A DNA stretch of 64,000 bases from Candidatus Zixiibacteriota bacterium (lineage in GTDB: Bacteria > Zixibacteria > MSB-5A5 > UBA10806 > 4484-95), in contig JAOZPT010000001.1 of NCBI GenBank assembly GCA_029932605.1, forward strand, positions 32,001 through 96,000, in the 5' to 3' direction. Shown here piece by piece: positions 1 through 9,040 of this stretch. The notes under the pieces are model-generated. The model saw only the letters and a program-made list of their open reading frames with translations, was not told the origin of the DNA and searched no databases. Every line of letters begins with the position of its first letter. The stretch's first letter is position 1. Position numbers and translations under genes: made by a program.

Positions 1-34
1 GTTGGGATTGACGATAATGGTAAGAGGATAAATC

Positions 35-1012
35 ATGGCTGATAAGGTAACAATTCGCAAATTTCTTAAAAGGCATTTCAAACATTTTAATGCTGCGGTA
101 ATAGTTGGGGCCGCGGAGTCCTGGGTAACCCACCTTGAGAATGGGGGAAAGATGTTTTTGACTTTAGCGGGCGCGCTTAGCACCGGCGAGATAGGTATCT
201 CATTAGCGGAGATGATTCGTCGTGATAAGGTACATGGCATATGTGCTACCGGTGCCAATCTCGAGGAGGATATATTCAACCTTGTAGCCCATAGTCATTA
301 CCGCCGTGTTCCCGATTATCGAACACTTACTCCCAAACAGGAACAGGAACTGAAAAATCAGGGCCTGAACAGGGTAACTGATACCTGTATTCCTGAAAGG
401 GAGGCAATGCGCCGGGTGGAGAATAAACTTATCAAACTATGGCAAAAGGCTGAAAACAATAAAGAGCGGTTTTTCCCTTACGAATATATCTACCAGCTTA
501 TAAGAAGCAGGGAATTGGAAGAATATTATGATATAGAACCTGAGAACTCGTGGGTGTTGGCCGCCTGTCAAAAAAATATACCGATATTCACCCCGGGCTG
601 GGAGGATTCCACACTGGGCAATGTTTATGTAGCAAATGTTATTAAGGGAAACCTTAAGTCGTACAGGCCGATCAAGGGGGGGCTTGAACAGATGGCTTTT
701 CTGGTCGAATGGTATCGTTGGATCACCAATCGATGTTCTCTGGGCTTTTTCCAGATCGGTGGTGGCATCGCTGGCGACTTTGCTATATGTGTGGTTCCAC
801 TTATAATGCAGGACCTAAAAGAGGAATGCCGTCTCTGGGGATATTTTGCCCAGATATCGGATAGCACAACGTCATATGGTTCTTACAGCGGAGCTATACC
901 GAATGAGAAGATTACCTGGGGAAAACTGGATATAGATACGCCAAAATTTATTATCGAATCCGATGCCTCTATTGTCGCGCCGTTAATTTTTAGCTATGTT
1001 CTGGGTAGCTGA
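35..1012 (+). CDS. Deoxyhypusine synthase family protein (bacterial DHS-like, possibly homospermidine synthase)
   Basis: Motifs TGANLEED, NRVTDTCIPE, IGGGIAGDF and SYSGAIPNEKITWGK (catalytic Lys equivalent present); SD-like GAGGA upstream. Confidence 0.88.
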   Translation: MADKVTIRKFLKRHFKHFNAAVIVGAAESWVTHLENGGKMFLTLAGALSTGEIGISLAEMIRRDKVHGICATGANLEEDIFNLVAHSHYRRVPDYRTLTPKQEQELKNQGLNRVTDTCIPEREAMRRVENKLIKLWQKAENNKERFFPYEYIYQLIRSRELEEYYDIEPENSWVLAACQKNIPIFTPGWEDSTLGNVYVANVIKGNLKSYRPIKGGLEQMAFLVEWYRWITNRCSLGFFQIGGGIAGDFAICVVPLIMQDLKEECRLWGYFAQISDSTTSYGSYSGAIPNEKITWGKLDIDTPKFIIESDASIVAPLIFSYVLGS

Positions 1013-1080
1013 AAATGTGGATTGCTTAAAGTAAGGAATAAGTGTTTATAAAATATATCCACTACCACTTAAGCATATCA

Positions 1081-1431
1081 TCAATTTTTAGACCAGAGAC
1101 CTATTGTGTTTCCCTCAAGGTCAGAGAGCATGGCAAAATAACCGAATTCAGAGGATATTTGAGTTTTACCGACCGAGCACTTGCCACCGACCTCTTCAGT
1201 TTTTTTGATAGTTTCATCGATGCTGGCAACTTCAATATAAAATACTATACCTGGTTTTTGAGCTATCTCAAGGGTTCTTGAGAAACCACCGTTGACTCCA
1301 TCAGGAGTTTTAAAAGTGAGAAAATTCATTTCCTTGGCTTCATCGAACTGCCAGTTGAATACGTTGCCATAGAACTTTTTCGCTTTACCGAAGTCTTTCG
1401 AGGGGATCTCGATATGACAGATGCCGTTCAT
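1081..1431 (-). CDS. VOC/glyoxalase family protein
   Basis: ICHIEIP...AKKFYGNVFNW and DLEGNTIGLW patterns; start moved to ATG 1431, which follows GGAGG. Confidence 0.85.
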   Translation of the reverse strand: MNGICHIEIPSKDFGKAKKFYGNVFNWQFDEAKEMNFLTFKTPDGVNGGFSRTLEIAQKPGIVFYIEVASIDETIKKTEEVGGKCSVGKTQISSEFGYFAMLSDLEGNTIGLWSKN

Positions 1432-1663
1432 TTGTCCTCCCATGATTAGAGTTCAAATTTAAAACATGTTTTTAAAAATAGGAAAAAAAGCAATTGTCAA
1501 TAAAATAATTTTGAAAAGTTAGCATAAGATATATCTGGATATTAAAAATCTGCTTGTATTTGAAAGTGATTGAATATCTAAAATAGAAGATTGTTTGGAG
1601 CTGGTCTAAGCGATTTGAATTAAGTGAATTGAGCTGGATGATTTATTATCATAAGGAGAGATT

Positions 1664-2073
1664 ATGAAAGCTGTTGGTTACATGGAAGGAACAAACCGGA
1701 GTTATTGACAAACCTTATACTTGAGGGATACGATACTCTACCACTCTCAAATGGGTGGGATAACCATGGTAAATATATAGCACATATCAACCGCACCGAT
1801 AATCTGGTTTTGGTGGTTGGCTACCTTCATAAATTTATCCCTGTTATTAAGGAATACCCTGCAGGTGAGGATATACTATCATCGCTGAAAGCCTACAAAA
1901 TTTTTGTGGTATTCATCATTCCCGGCGGTAAGCAGGCTAAAGCGAAAAAGATGTTGGCAAGCAAAGGGGTGAGTTATAAACTTGCTTCTCCGGCAGGTGT
2001 GTCTAAAACAGTTATGAAAATATTAGAGCCTAAGCGCTCTGTTAAGAAAGCCCGTTCTCGTAAGAGGAGATAG
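1664..2073 (+). pseudogene. Hypothetical protein interrupted by a single -1 frameshift near 1696 (real lesion, recoding or sequencing error)
   Basis: AAGGAG SD + ATG 1664 reads MKAVGYMEGTN..., stopping at TGA 1706; a -1 shift at AAC/CCG joins it to the 1705..2073 ORF (MKAVGYMEGTNPELLTNLILEGYDTLPLSNGWDNHG...). Confidence 0.55.
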
Positions 2074-2198
2074 TAAAAACCTGGAATAACTTATAAATAT
2101 TGTCAGGTTATAAACATCTCTAATGTACCGTCGTTATTACTTGTGGCAAGTTACTTTTTTATGATAGATATTTGTAAATAATTTCTAATGTTTCATTG

Positions 2199-2561
2199 TT
2201 ATTTTGTTCCCACCAACAGCACGCCACCAAGTATAAGGACCAATCCGATCCATTTGGTCAAGGAAAAAGGCTCTTTGAACATAAAAAACGAGACCAGTAT
2301 AATGGCTCCGTAGGCAAGACTTGTGACAATGGGGTAGGCTATCGAGATGTCAATTTTTGATAAAAGCACCATGTAACCCCCGACAGATGATACATAGCAA
2401 AAAAGTCCAACCAGCACAGCTATATTTGTGAATATACGGGAAAAGTTCGTAAGGAAAGCTGTGGGCGTGATAGCACCCAATTGATTCATCCCGATTTTTA
2501 AAAAGACATGGCCGCAGATGTTAAAAGTAACAACGAAAAGCATTACCATATAGCGGGACAT
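2199..2561 (-). CDS. SMR/EamA-like 4-TM transporter (ArnE/ArnF-like flippase subunit)
   Basis: Four hydrophobic segments, LSKIDISIAYP and FKEPFSLTKWIG motifs; AAGGAG SD before ATG 2561. Confidence 0.75.
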   Translation of the reverse strand: MSRYMVMLFVVTFNICGHVFLKIGMNQLGAITPTAFLTNFSRIFTNIAVLVGLFCYVSSVGGYMVLLSKIDISIAYPIVTSLAYGAIILVSFFMFKEPFSLTKWIGLVLILGGVLLVGTK

Positions 2562-2694
2562 TTCAGGCTCCTTTAAAAGAAAAGATTCTAAATTTGTTAA
2601 CACTCCATAGAGATATTTTGATTGGGCTGATAAGTGTATTATAATGTATTTTTACGATGATGAACATGATGCTTGTATATTGGTTTCATGTTTA

Positions 2695-3780
2695 CTAATA
2701 TTTTTGAAAGAGCTGGCCCCAATCTGTTTCTTTCAGCCATTTATTAAAAATCTTTTTACCCTTGGTTGGATACCACAATTTATCATGGAAAAGAGCAGAG
2801 GCAAAAACGAATATATAAACGATAGGAGTGTGAAACATAAGTTTCTGGAGTACCTTAAGAGGAGAGAACCATAAAATATCACCTACTTTCGAGGCCATGT
2901 TATCACCGACCGAAAAGCCGAAATTCATCTTCGAGATATCCTCACCGATGATCTCTATTTGACTTACATCGCCACAGCCTAAGCCGGCATCGTGTCCCAT
3001 TCTTATATATTTAATTGACATTGGTTCAAACCCCATGATTTTGGTGGCGACTGCATCTATAGCTACTTGGTCGGCAGAGGCGAGGATGATATCTTTTTTG
3101 TGTGGCGTCATTGTCCGCGGTCCAGGTCCCGAGCCGGCTGTTGTACCATCCATGAAACAGAAAATACCTGAATGTATCTCTTTTTGAATTTGCAAAAGGT
3201 CAACCAGGGTCTCGTGTATAACAGAGTGGGTGTAATGGCGCTTGGTATTTAAAAGACCACCGAAAGCATTTTTCATAGCGCCGGTAGTGGTCGTGTAAAT
3301 ATGAGTTTTTACGGTGGGTAGGTGGACGATGTTTTTTCCTATGAAAAATTCAGGTATCTTTATACCCCTTGAGAAAATCTTGTCTAAAACGAGCATCTTT
3401 GCTTTTGGTTTATATTCTATCCATTTTAAATCGGATGGGTCGTTGTTATATCTTTCAGGGATAGAATATTTTTCATATACTGGTTTTAGTTTGAGGAGCT
3501 TACCGCCGGTATAGGGATTAGTAACCACGGTATCATTGTGAACTGCTACAATATCAGTAATACCGGCTTTTTTTAGGGCTTTAATTGTTCCCTCGACTTG
3601 CCAGGGAACTGAGTTTGCACCTGGAAACGGCAGATGCCACGAGATATTGTCTTTTAAAATGGTTGTATTATCAGCCACCAGAGAATCCTTCAATCCGGCA
3701 ACCTGCCCCGCCCTTATATAGTCATCTATAACTTTATCAGGAGAGGTTTTTAATACAGCGACTTTTGTTTTACTGCTCAT
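2695..3780 (-). CDS. DUF362 domain-containing protein
   Basis: HLPTVKTH, TTTGAMKNAFGG and SADQVAIDAVA motifs; overlaps the upstream UbiA-family stop codon by 4 bp. Confidence 0.75.
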   Translation of the reverse strand: MSSKTKVAVLKTSPDKVIDDYIRAGQVAGLKDSLVADNTTILKDNISWHLPFPGANSVPWQVEGTIKALKKAGITDIVAVHNDTVVTNPYTGGKLLKLKPVYEKYSIPERYNNDPSDLKWIEYKPKAKMLVLDKIFSRGIKIPEFFIGKNIVHLPTVKTHIYTTTTGAMKNAFGGLLNTKRHYTHSVIHETLVDLLQIQKEIHSGIFCFMDGTTAGSGPGPRTMTPHKKDIILASADQVAIDAVATKIMGFEPMSIKYIRMGHDAGLGCGDVSQIEIIGEDISKMNFGFSVGDNMASKVGDILWFSPLKVLQKLMFHTPIVYIFVFASALFHDKLWYPTKGKKIFNKWLKETDWGQLFQKY

Positions 3781-4658
3781 ACTTTACCCTCAAACTGTAA
3801 AATAATTAAAACAGTGGTTATCCATAGTGCCACACATATTAAAAGGGGTATGTCCGTAACAAGTAATTTTGTGGGATTGCCTCCCTGCTCTTTCTGGTGG
3901 ATAAGATACAGATATCTGAATATCCCATAGAGCACAAACGGCACTGTTAGAACTAGATTACCTGTCCCTAACTTTTCCTTTACATCAGGTGAAAGGGTGT
4001 AAAATGTGTACGCCACCACGGTGGAGGCGGTAACCACACTTATCATTTGGTCTAAAAAATATTTTGAATAATGTGCCAACGATTGCCGGTGCGAAACGGC
4101 TCCGTTTCCAAGAATCTCCAGTTCATGTCGTCTCTTGGAAAATCCTAAAAAGAGGGCTAAAAGAATTGTACATACTAAGAGCCAGGCCGAGATCGGCACT
4201 TCTATAGCGGCCGCTCCAGCAACGGCCCTTAGTACAAAACCCAGCGCCAAGCTCATGACGTCTATAATAACCACATTTTTCAAACCTATGTTGTAAGCTA
4301 GATTTAAAATGATATAGATACCAAGATAAATCATAAATGTTAAACCCAGGGAATAACCGACCAGTATACTGAGAGCAAGTAGAAATAAGATGGTTATAGA
4401 AGCTGTTTTTACAGGGAGTTGGCCTGATGCTATCGGTCTGTATTTTTTGGTTGGATGATGCTGGTCTTTGCTGAGGTCTGTGATATCGTTGACATAATAA
4501 ATTGCCGATACGGCGAAGCAGAATGCCAGAAACCCTTTTATAGCCAGCATCACCGAGATGGGTTCGCTATATTTTTTGGCAAATATTAAAGCTGCAAATA
4601 CAACGAGGTTTTTAACCCAGTGATGAGGCCTAGCGGTTTTGATGATAGCACTAAGCAT
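3777..4658 (-). CDS. Decaprenyl/polyprenyl-phosphate phosphoribosyltransferase (UbiA family)
   Basis: RPHHWVKNLVVF, YYVNDITD...HHPTKKYRPIASG and KRRHEL signatures; multi-TM. Confidence 0.85.
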   Translation of the reverse strand: MLSAIIKTARPHHWVKNLVVFAALIFAKKYSEPISVMLAIKGFLAFCFAVSAIYYVNDITDLSKDQHHPTKKYRPIASGQLPVKTASITILFLLALSILVGYSLGLTFMIYLGIYIILNLAYNIGLKNVVIIDVMSLALGFVLRAVAGAAAIEVPISAWLLVCTILLALFLGFSKRRHELEILGNGAVSHRQSLAHYSKYFLDQMISVVTASTVVAYTFYTLSPDVKEKLGTGNLVLTVPFVLYGIFRYLYLIHQKEQGGNPTKLLVTDIPLLICVALWITTVLIILQFEGKV

Positions 4659-4693
4659 AAACCGTTATTAATTAAAATTGGTTTTTATGTCAA
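4659..4693 (-). promoter_or_regulatory. Putative sigma70 promoter, probably leaderless, for the UbiA-family gene
   Basis: TTGACA-N17-TAATAA-N6-ATG on the minus strand; no SD; weak -10. Confidence 0.45.
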
Positions 4694-4833
4694 GAAATAA
4701 AAGGCATGTCTGTTTCGATTGTAATGTAAACACCTTGTTTAAAATGCGGGTCGGGTTCCTTTAGAAACCAGATGTAGGAACTATGGATTATTGTAATTAT
4801 TATCTGCTTAGTTTTCGGGCTGCTGTTTGTGGA

Positions 4834-5799
4834 TTATAGTTCTTCTTTATCGTTGTTGGATAATGGATTTTTATCAAAATTTATTTCACGTGTTTTTCCG
4901 AAATTAATGGTGAATGAAAAGAAATGCGTCTGGCCTAAGTCCTGGCCGGGGTTGAATGCATAATCGATACGTCCCCACATGAACTTTAGCCCGGCACCAA
5001 AATTAACCATGTTAGATTGGTTATCGATACCGAGGTCACCAAGACCTGTTCTTAAGTTTAAGGCATTGCCCAGATTGTATTCCATTCCAGCGGAAAAGCT
5101 TGTTTCACCTGTAAATGCTACTTTTGTTCCCACCATCATCGTTATAGGAATATTTATGGGGCTGAAAGAACTACCAACGGAGACCGAGGAGGGAAGCTTG
5201 TAGCTCTGCTCATCATATTTAACTTTGGGGCCAAGATTATTAACAACGAAACCGAACGTAAATGTATTAATCAAATATTGAATTCCCATATCCAGAGCAT
5301 AACCAGAGGCTTTAATATCTGCCAACTTTTCCTCTATGTATTTCCCGCTTAGGCCAAGGTATAAAGCTCCTGACAATCTCCGGCTATAAGAGGCGATTGC
5401 CGTTAAACTATAAGGTCTGATACTTCCATATTGCTGGTCATACATATTGTAAGTATCGATCTGTCCCATGTGAAGATAAGAAGCTGATACTCCGATTGTT
5501 GAGTTGGTTTTCATGGGAATAGCTACAGCTATAAATTCATATGATATATCCTGAAGCCATGAATTGTGCATAAAATTTAAGCCTGGTTGCTCAATTGAAG
5601 ATAAACCAGCTGGATTGAAGTATGTTGAGGCTATGTCATTACTTATCGCCCAGCTTGCTCCACCCAAAGCAGCATGTCGAGCAGATACACTTATGTTTAG
5701 GAAATCTGCGGAGGTAATACCTCCAGCGGTAGCTGTATTTATTAGGGTAATGCTCAGTATTATCGTAATAATAGAAATAAATTTCATTTGTTTTATCAT
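4834..5799 (-). CDS. PorV/PorQ family outer-membrane beta-barrel (T9SS-associated, FadL-like)
   Basis: Signal peptide, FLNISVSARHAALGGA and STYFNPAGL motifs, amphipathic beta strands, RIDYAF near the C-terminus; GAGGAGG SD before ATG 5799. Confidence 0.78.
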   Translation of the reverse strand: MIKQMKFISIITIILSITLINTATAGGITSADFLNISVSARHAALGGASWAISNDIASTYFNPAGLSSIEQPGLNFMHNSWLQDISYEFIAVAIPMKTNSTIGVSASYLHMGQIDTYNMYDQQYGSIRPYSLTAIASYSRRLSGALYLGLSGKYIEEKLADIKASGYALDMGIQYLINTFTFGFVVNNLGPKVKYDEQSYKLPSSVSVGSSFSPINIPITMMVGTKVAFTGETSFSAGMEYNLGNALNLRTGLGDLGIDNQSNMVNFGAGLKFMWGRIDYAFNPGQDLGQTHFFSFTINFGKTREINFDKNPLSNNDKEEL

Positions 5800-5827
5800 T
5801 AGAACACCCTCCTCTGATGATGGAATA

Positions 5828-5843
5828 TGCAAATGATATGCCA
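5828..5843 (-). promoter_or_regulatory. Putative sigma54 -24/-12 promoter for the PorV-like gene
   Basis: Minus strand TGGCATATCATTTGCA = GG-N10-GC, 28 nt upstream of the ATG. Confidence 0.65.
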
Positions 5844-6207
5844 TCAAGCAGACCCCCCTGGAGGTTGTTTGTAACATATTCTGTTACAACAAGATAAATG
5901 TTGCACCAAGATAACAGTTAGTCGGGGTGTTTGGGATGTATTTGGTTTAATATTTTGGCAATAATTAAGAACTAATGGCATTTTTAAAGACACAATCCTT
6001 TTGAACCTTATAACTCATTGATACTTATGGTGTTCAAGCCCTTTATCAAAACGATTTTTACTTGCTTAATTGTTGAACAAATCCATCTTTTGAACATATT
6101 TTTTTACTATCATGGTTATTGGTTAAAGTCAATAGTTAATTTATAAAACTCCCCAATTTTACCGGAAATACAATTATAGAAATGTAAGCATGGCGGTGTG
6201 TAATCAT

Positions 6208-7425
6208 TTATAGCCTGGAAGCTAATAGTTTTAAGAACAATCCAACGTCCGTAACGATACCGGTCGTTTGTTTTGATCCCCTGTCGGCAAGTTTTGTAAC
6301 AACTGAGGGATTGATATCCACGCAAATGGTACTTACCCAGGCGGGAATCATGTTACCGGTGGCAATTGAATGGAGCATGGAAGAAAGCATGATTACTAAT
6401 TCGACACCTTTGAGAGCCCTGGCATAAGCAGCTTGGGCCTGAATCATGTCATTTATTGTCTCCGGGAGAGGACCATCATCACGGAGCGAGCCGGCGAGAA
6501 CAAAAGGGACATTAAACTTAATACAACTATACATTATTCCGCTGTGAAGCACTCCGGCTTGAACCATCTTTTTTATTGAGCCATATTTATAAACCTGATT
6601 GATGGCCCTGATATGGTTTTTATGGCCCTCCTCGCGTGGCTTACCCGTTTTTATATCCACTCCCAGGGAGGTGCCGTAAAGAGCCTGTTCGATGTCGTGG
6701 ACAGCAAGGGCATTTCCCGATAGCAGAACATTTATGAAACCTTTCCTGATCAGCTTGCATATCGAATCACCGGCACCGGTATGTACAGCCACCGGTCCAA
6801 CCACAAATGCCACCTTCTTTTTGTTACTTTTTAGCAAATCGGCGATATTACTTACCGCCAGCTCCACCTTCTTCTCGGAGGAGACCTCTGCCGACATGAA
6901 TTGAAAATCGCTTCTTTCACGTTGTTTGAATTCTGGGGTGATTTTTATTCCGGATAGACCGCAAACTATCTTATCACCCTTTTTGATATCTCGAAGCTTA
7001 ATACATCGGGGGATTCCATTTTTGACAACAATCACTGAATCCATACGCTGGTTTCGCACCCTGCGCCATCTCCCGTTCAGGCGAATATGGGAAAGGTAAT
7101 TTGTGGTAGAATAGAAATCTTCAGGAGCACAACCATCCTTTGGAGCATTTTTTACAATTGCTGGTTTATTGTCAACGATAATACAACCGAGGTTGTGAAG
7201 CTGTTCAACGATGTATGAAAGTTTTTTTGAAGAAGTGGCTTTTACAAGTATAGAGGCTTTAGTTTCATCGGTGTTGGTTCGTCCCATGACAAATGAGGTT
7301 ATCTCAAATTTTCCACCCAGACCTATGATTTTGTCGAGGATATTGGACATTATGCCCGAATCAACCAGGTGTCCATGGGCGGTCACCTCGCGGCTATACC
7401 AGCGTTTGGGAGGATAAACTTTCAC
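6208..7425 (-). CDS. TIGR00300 family protein (AgrE/ArgZ C-terminal-type ornithine cyclodeaminase, DHS-like NAD-binding domain)
   Basis: GHLVDSG, PEDFYSTTN, NQRMD, FMSAEVSSEK, GNALAVHDIE, AGSLRDDGPLP and KLADRGS motifs; start uncertain (GTG 7425 preferred over TTG 7488). Confidence 0.82.
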   Translation of the reverse strand: MKVYPPKRWYSREVTAHGHLVDSGIMSNILDKIIGLGGKFEITSFVMGRTNTDETKASILVKATSSKKLSYIVEQLHNLGCIIVDNKPAIVKNAPKDGCAPEDFYSTTNYLSHIRLNGRWRRVRNQRMDSVIVVKNGIPRCIKLRDIKKGDKIVCGLSGIKITPEFKQRERSDFQFMSAEVSSEKKVELAVSNIADLLKSNKKKVAFVVGPVAVHTGAGDSICKLIRKGFINVLLSGNALAVHDIEQALYGTSLGVDIKTGKPREEGHKNHIRAINQVYKYGSIKKMVQAGVLHSGIMYSCIKFNVPFVLAGSLRDDGPLPETINDMIQAQAAYARALKGVELVIMLSSMLHSIATGNMIPAWVSTICVDINPSVVTKLADRGSKQTTGIVTDVGLFLKLLASRL

Positions 7426-7573
7426 ATCGTTGTTATCGGCGAGTTTATTTTTTTGATTAATAATGTGACTCACCAGCCAGCTATGCAAACGGTGATGTAT
7501 ATTTTAAAGGCAGAAAGGTTATAACAATAAACTCGTTAAAAAATATGATATCATCATCGATTCCTTTGGGATT

Positions 7574-8095
7574 TTATTTATTCAAACCGCTTTTATATTT
7601 TTCTCTGGTTTTTTCCAGAAAGGTAATGAATTCATTTTCAAGATAATCCGGATATGTCCATGGTAATTTCTGGAATTTGCCATCGGCGTAAATCAGTGTG
7701 ACCTCAGCCCAGATGCCCTGGCTGAGGTAAATTCGATGGGAGAAATTTTTAGTGGAGGCTAAAACAAATTTGGATGTCTCAAGGTATCCTGGGTCAAGGT
7801 TGACCTGGCGCTTGCCGTCTTTAGTGTAAATGTATTCTATATCGATAGTCGTGCGTTTGGCCAGCCAGAGATTATCTGCCAGGAAAGGTCTTTCGAAGCT
7901 GAGAAGTAGTTTTTTTAGATTTGGCCCCATCTCCTTTGTGTAATAATCAGTGTGAGTGAAATCGATTAGCTTTGATCTGTCCTCGACCAGGCCGAAAGCG
8001 TTTTCAAGGTTGGTGATGATATCCTCAAGGTTGACTTTCGGAGATATGGTCACACCACAGATCAGTTTCACCGTGGGCGGATTTAGATCAATCAT
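7574..8095 (-). CDS. DUF4416 family protein
   Basis: TDYYTKEMG, RQVNLDPGYL, LASTKNFSHRIYL and PWTYPDY motifs. Confidence 0.82.
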   Translation of the reverse strand: MIDLNPPTVKLICGVTISPKVNLEDIITNLENAFGLVEDRSKLIDFTHTDYYTKEMGPNLKKLLLSFERPFLADNLWLAKRTTIDIEYIYTKDGKRQVNLDPGYLETSKFVLASTKNFSHRIYLSQGIWAEVTLIYADGKFQKLPWTYPDYLENEFITFLEKTREKYKSGLNK

Positions 8096-8762
8096 TATTT
8101 ACTCCTTTGCAGGCCTTAATACACATACCGCATATCATTACACCTATGCCCCGTCTTTTTTCGAATTGCTTTAATAGCTCGAAGCAGGCTTTACCATTGA
8201 ACTTCTCAATACCATCGGGTGAAATCGCCTTTGCCGGGCAGGCGGTGATACATTCATAGCAGGCACCGCAGTCAGCTGTTACTGGCGAATCCGTTTTGAG
8301 GGGCATATCTGTCAAAAGGCTGGCTAAGCGGATAGCCGCGCCATACTCTGGATGCACGATTAGCCCATTTCTGCCGAGAAAACCAAGGCCAGCATGCAAG
8401 GCGGCGTGCCTTTGCGATAGATGCGAGCGCTGGTTGACCCAATCGGTGATTACACTGGCGGGGATGGGCAAGGCCTCGAACCCTTGTGATTGAATAAACT
8501 GGCCAAGACCGAATGTGATTTTATCCAAAAGATTATTTGCCTGCCGGTAGTGAGCTTTATAGATAAGATTAGGGCCGTCGATCAAGGTTTCTAAAACTTT
8601 TCGCTGTATTCGAACAGCAATACTTACTATGAATGGTAATGTTTGAGCCACCTCTTTAATTTCATCGTTGATATAGTCATATATTTTAGTTGTTTTTGTT
8701 ACGCCGAAGAGGTCGGCGCCAAGGTCTGTGGCTTTCTGTTTTAGCATATCGTAATTGTCCAT
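8088..8762 (-). CDS. Epoxyqueuosine reductase/reductive dehalogenase-like 2x[4Fe-4S] protein
   Basis: GADLFGV, AGLGFLGRNGL, PEYGAAIRLASLLTD, CGACYECITACP and CGMCIKAC; start set to ATG 8762. Confidence 0.75.
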   Translation of the reverse strand: MDNYDMLKQKATDLGADLFGVTKTTKIYDYINDEIKEVAQTLPFIVSIAVRIQRKVLETLIDGPNLIYKAHYRQANNLLDKITFGLGQFIQSQGFEALPIPASVITDWVNQRSHLSQRHAALHAGLGFLGRNGLIVHPEYGAAIRLASLLTDMPLKTDSPVTADCGACYECITACPAKAISPDGIEKFNGKACFELLKQFEKRRGIGVMICGMCIKACKGVNND

Positions 8763-8797
8763 ACAGAGAAAGTAAATGATTGAGTTAGGTATGTCAA
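8763..8797 (-). promoter_or_regulatory. Putative sigma70 promoter, probably leaderless
   Basis: TTGACA-N17-TACTTT-N6-ATG; no SD. Confidence 0.6.
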
Positions 8798-9040
8798 TTG
8801 GGATGTTGTTCCATTTCGTCGTAGGTAAAAACCGTAACCTTGCTGTTAGTATAAACACCTTTAAGTTAAAACTAAAAAGCTATTAACTTCCAGAACATAA
8901 GGGATATCGATTGGAATTATATATTATTCCCAACATATAATAATAACTATTTAACTTCCCTAATTTTTAGTTGATATATACACCCACTAATACTTAATTA
9001 ATGTTAGTGATATGTTATTTTAATGATTACTGGAGGTATC

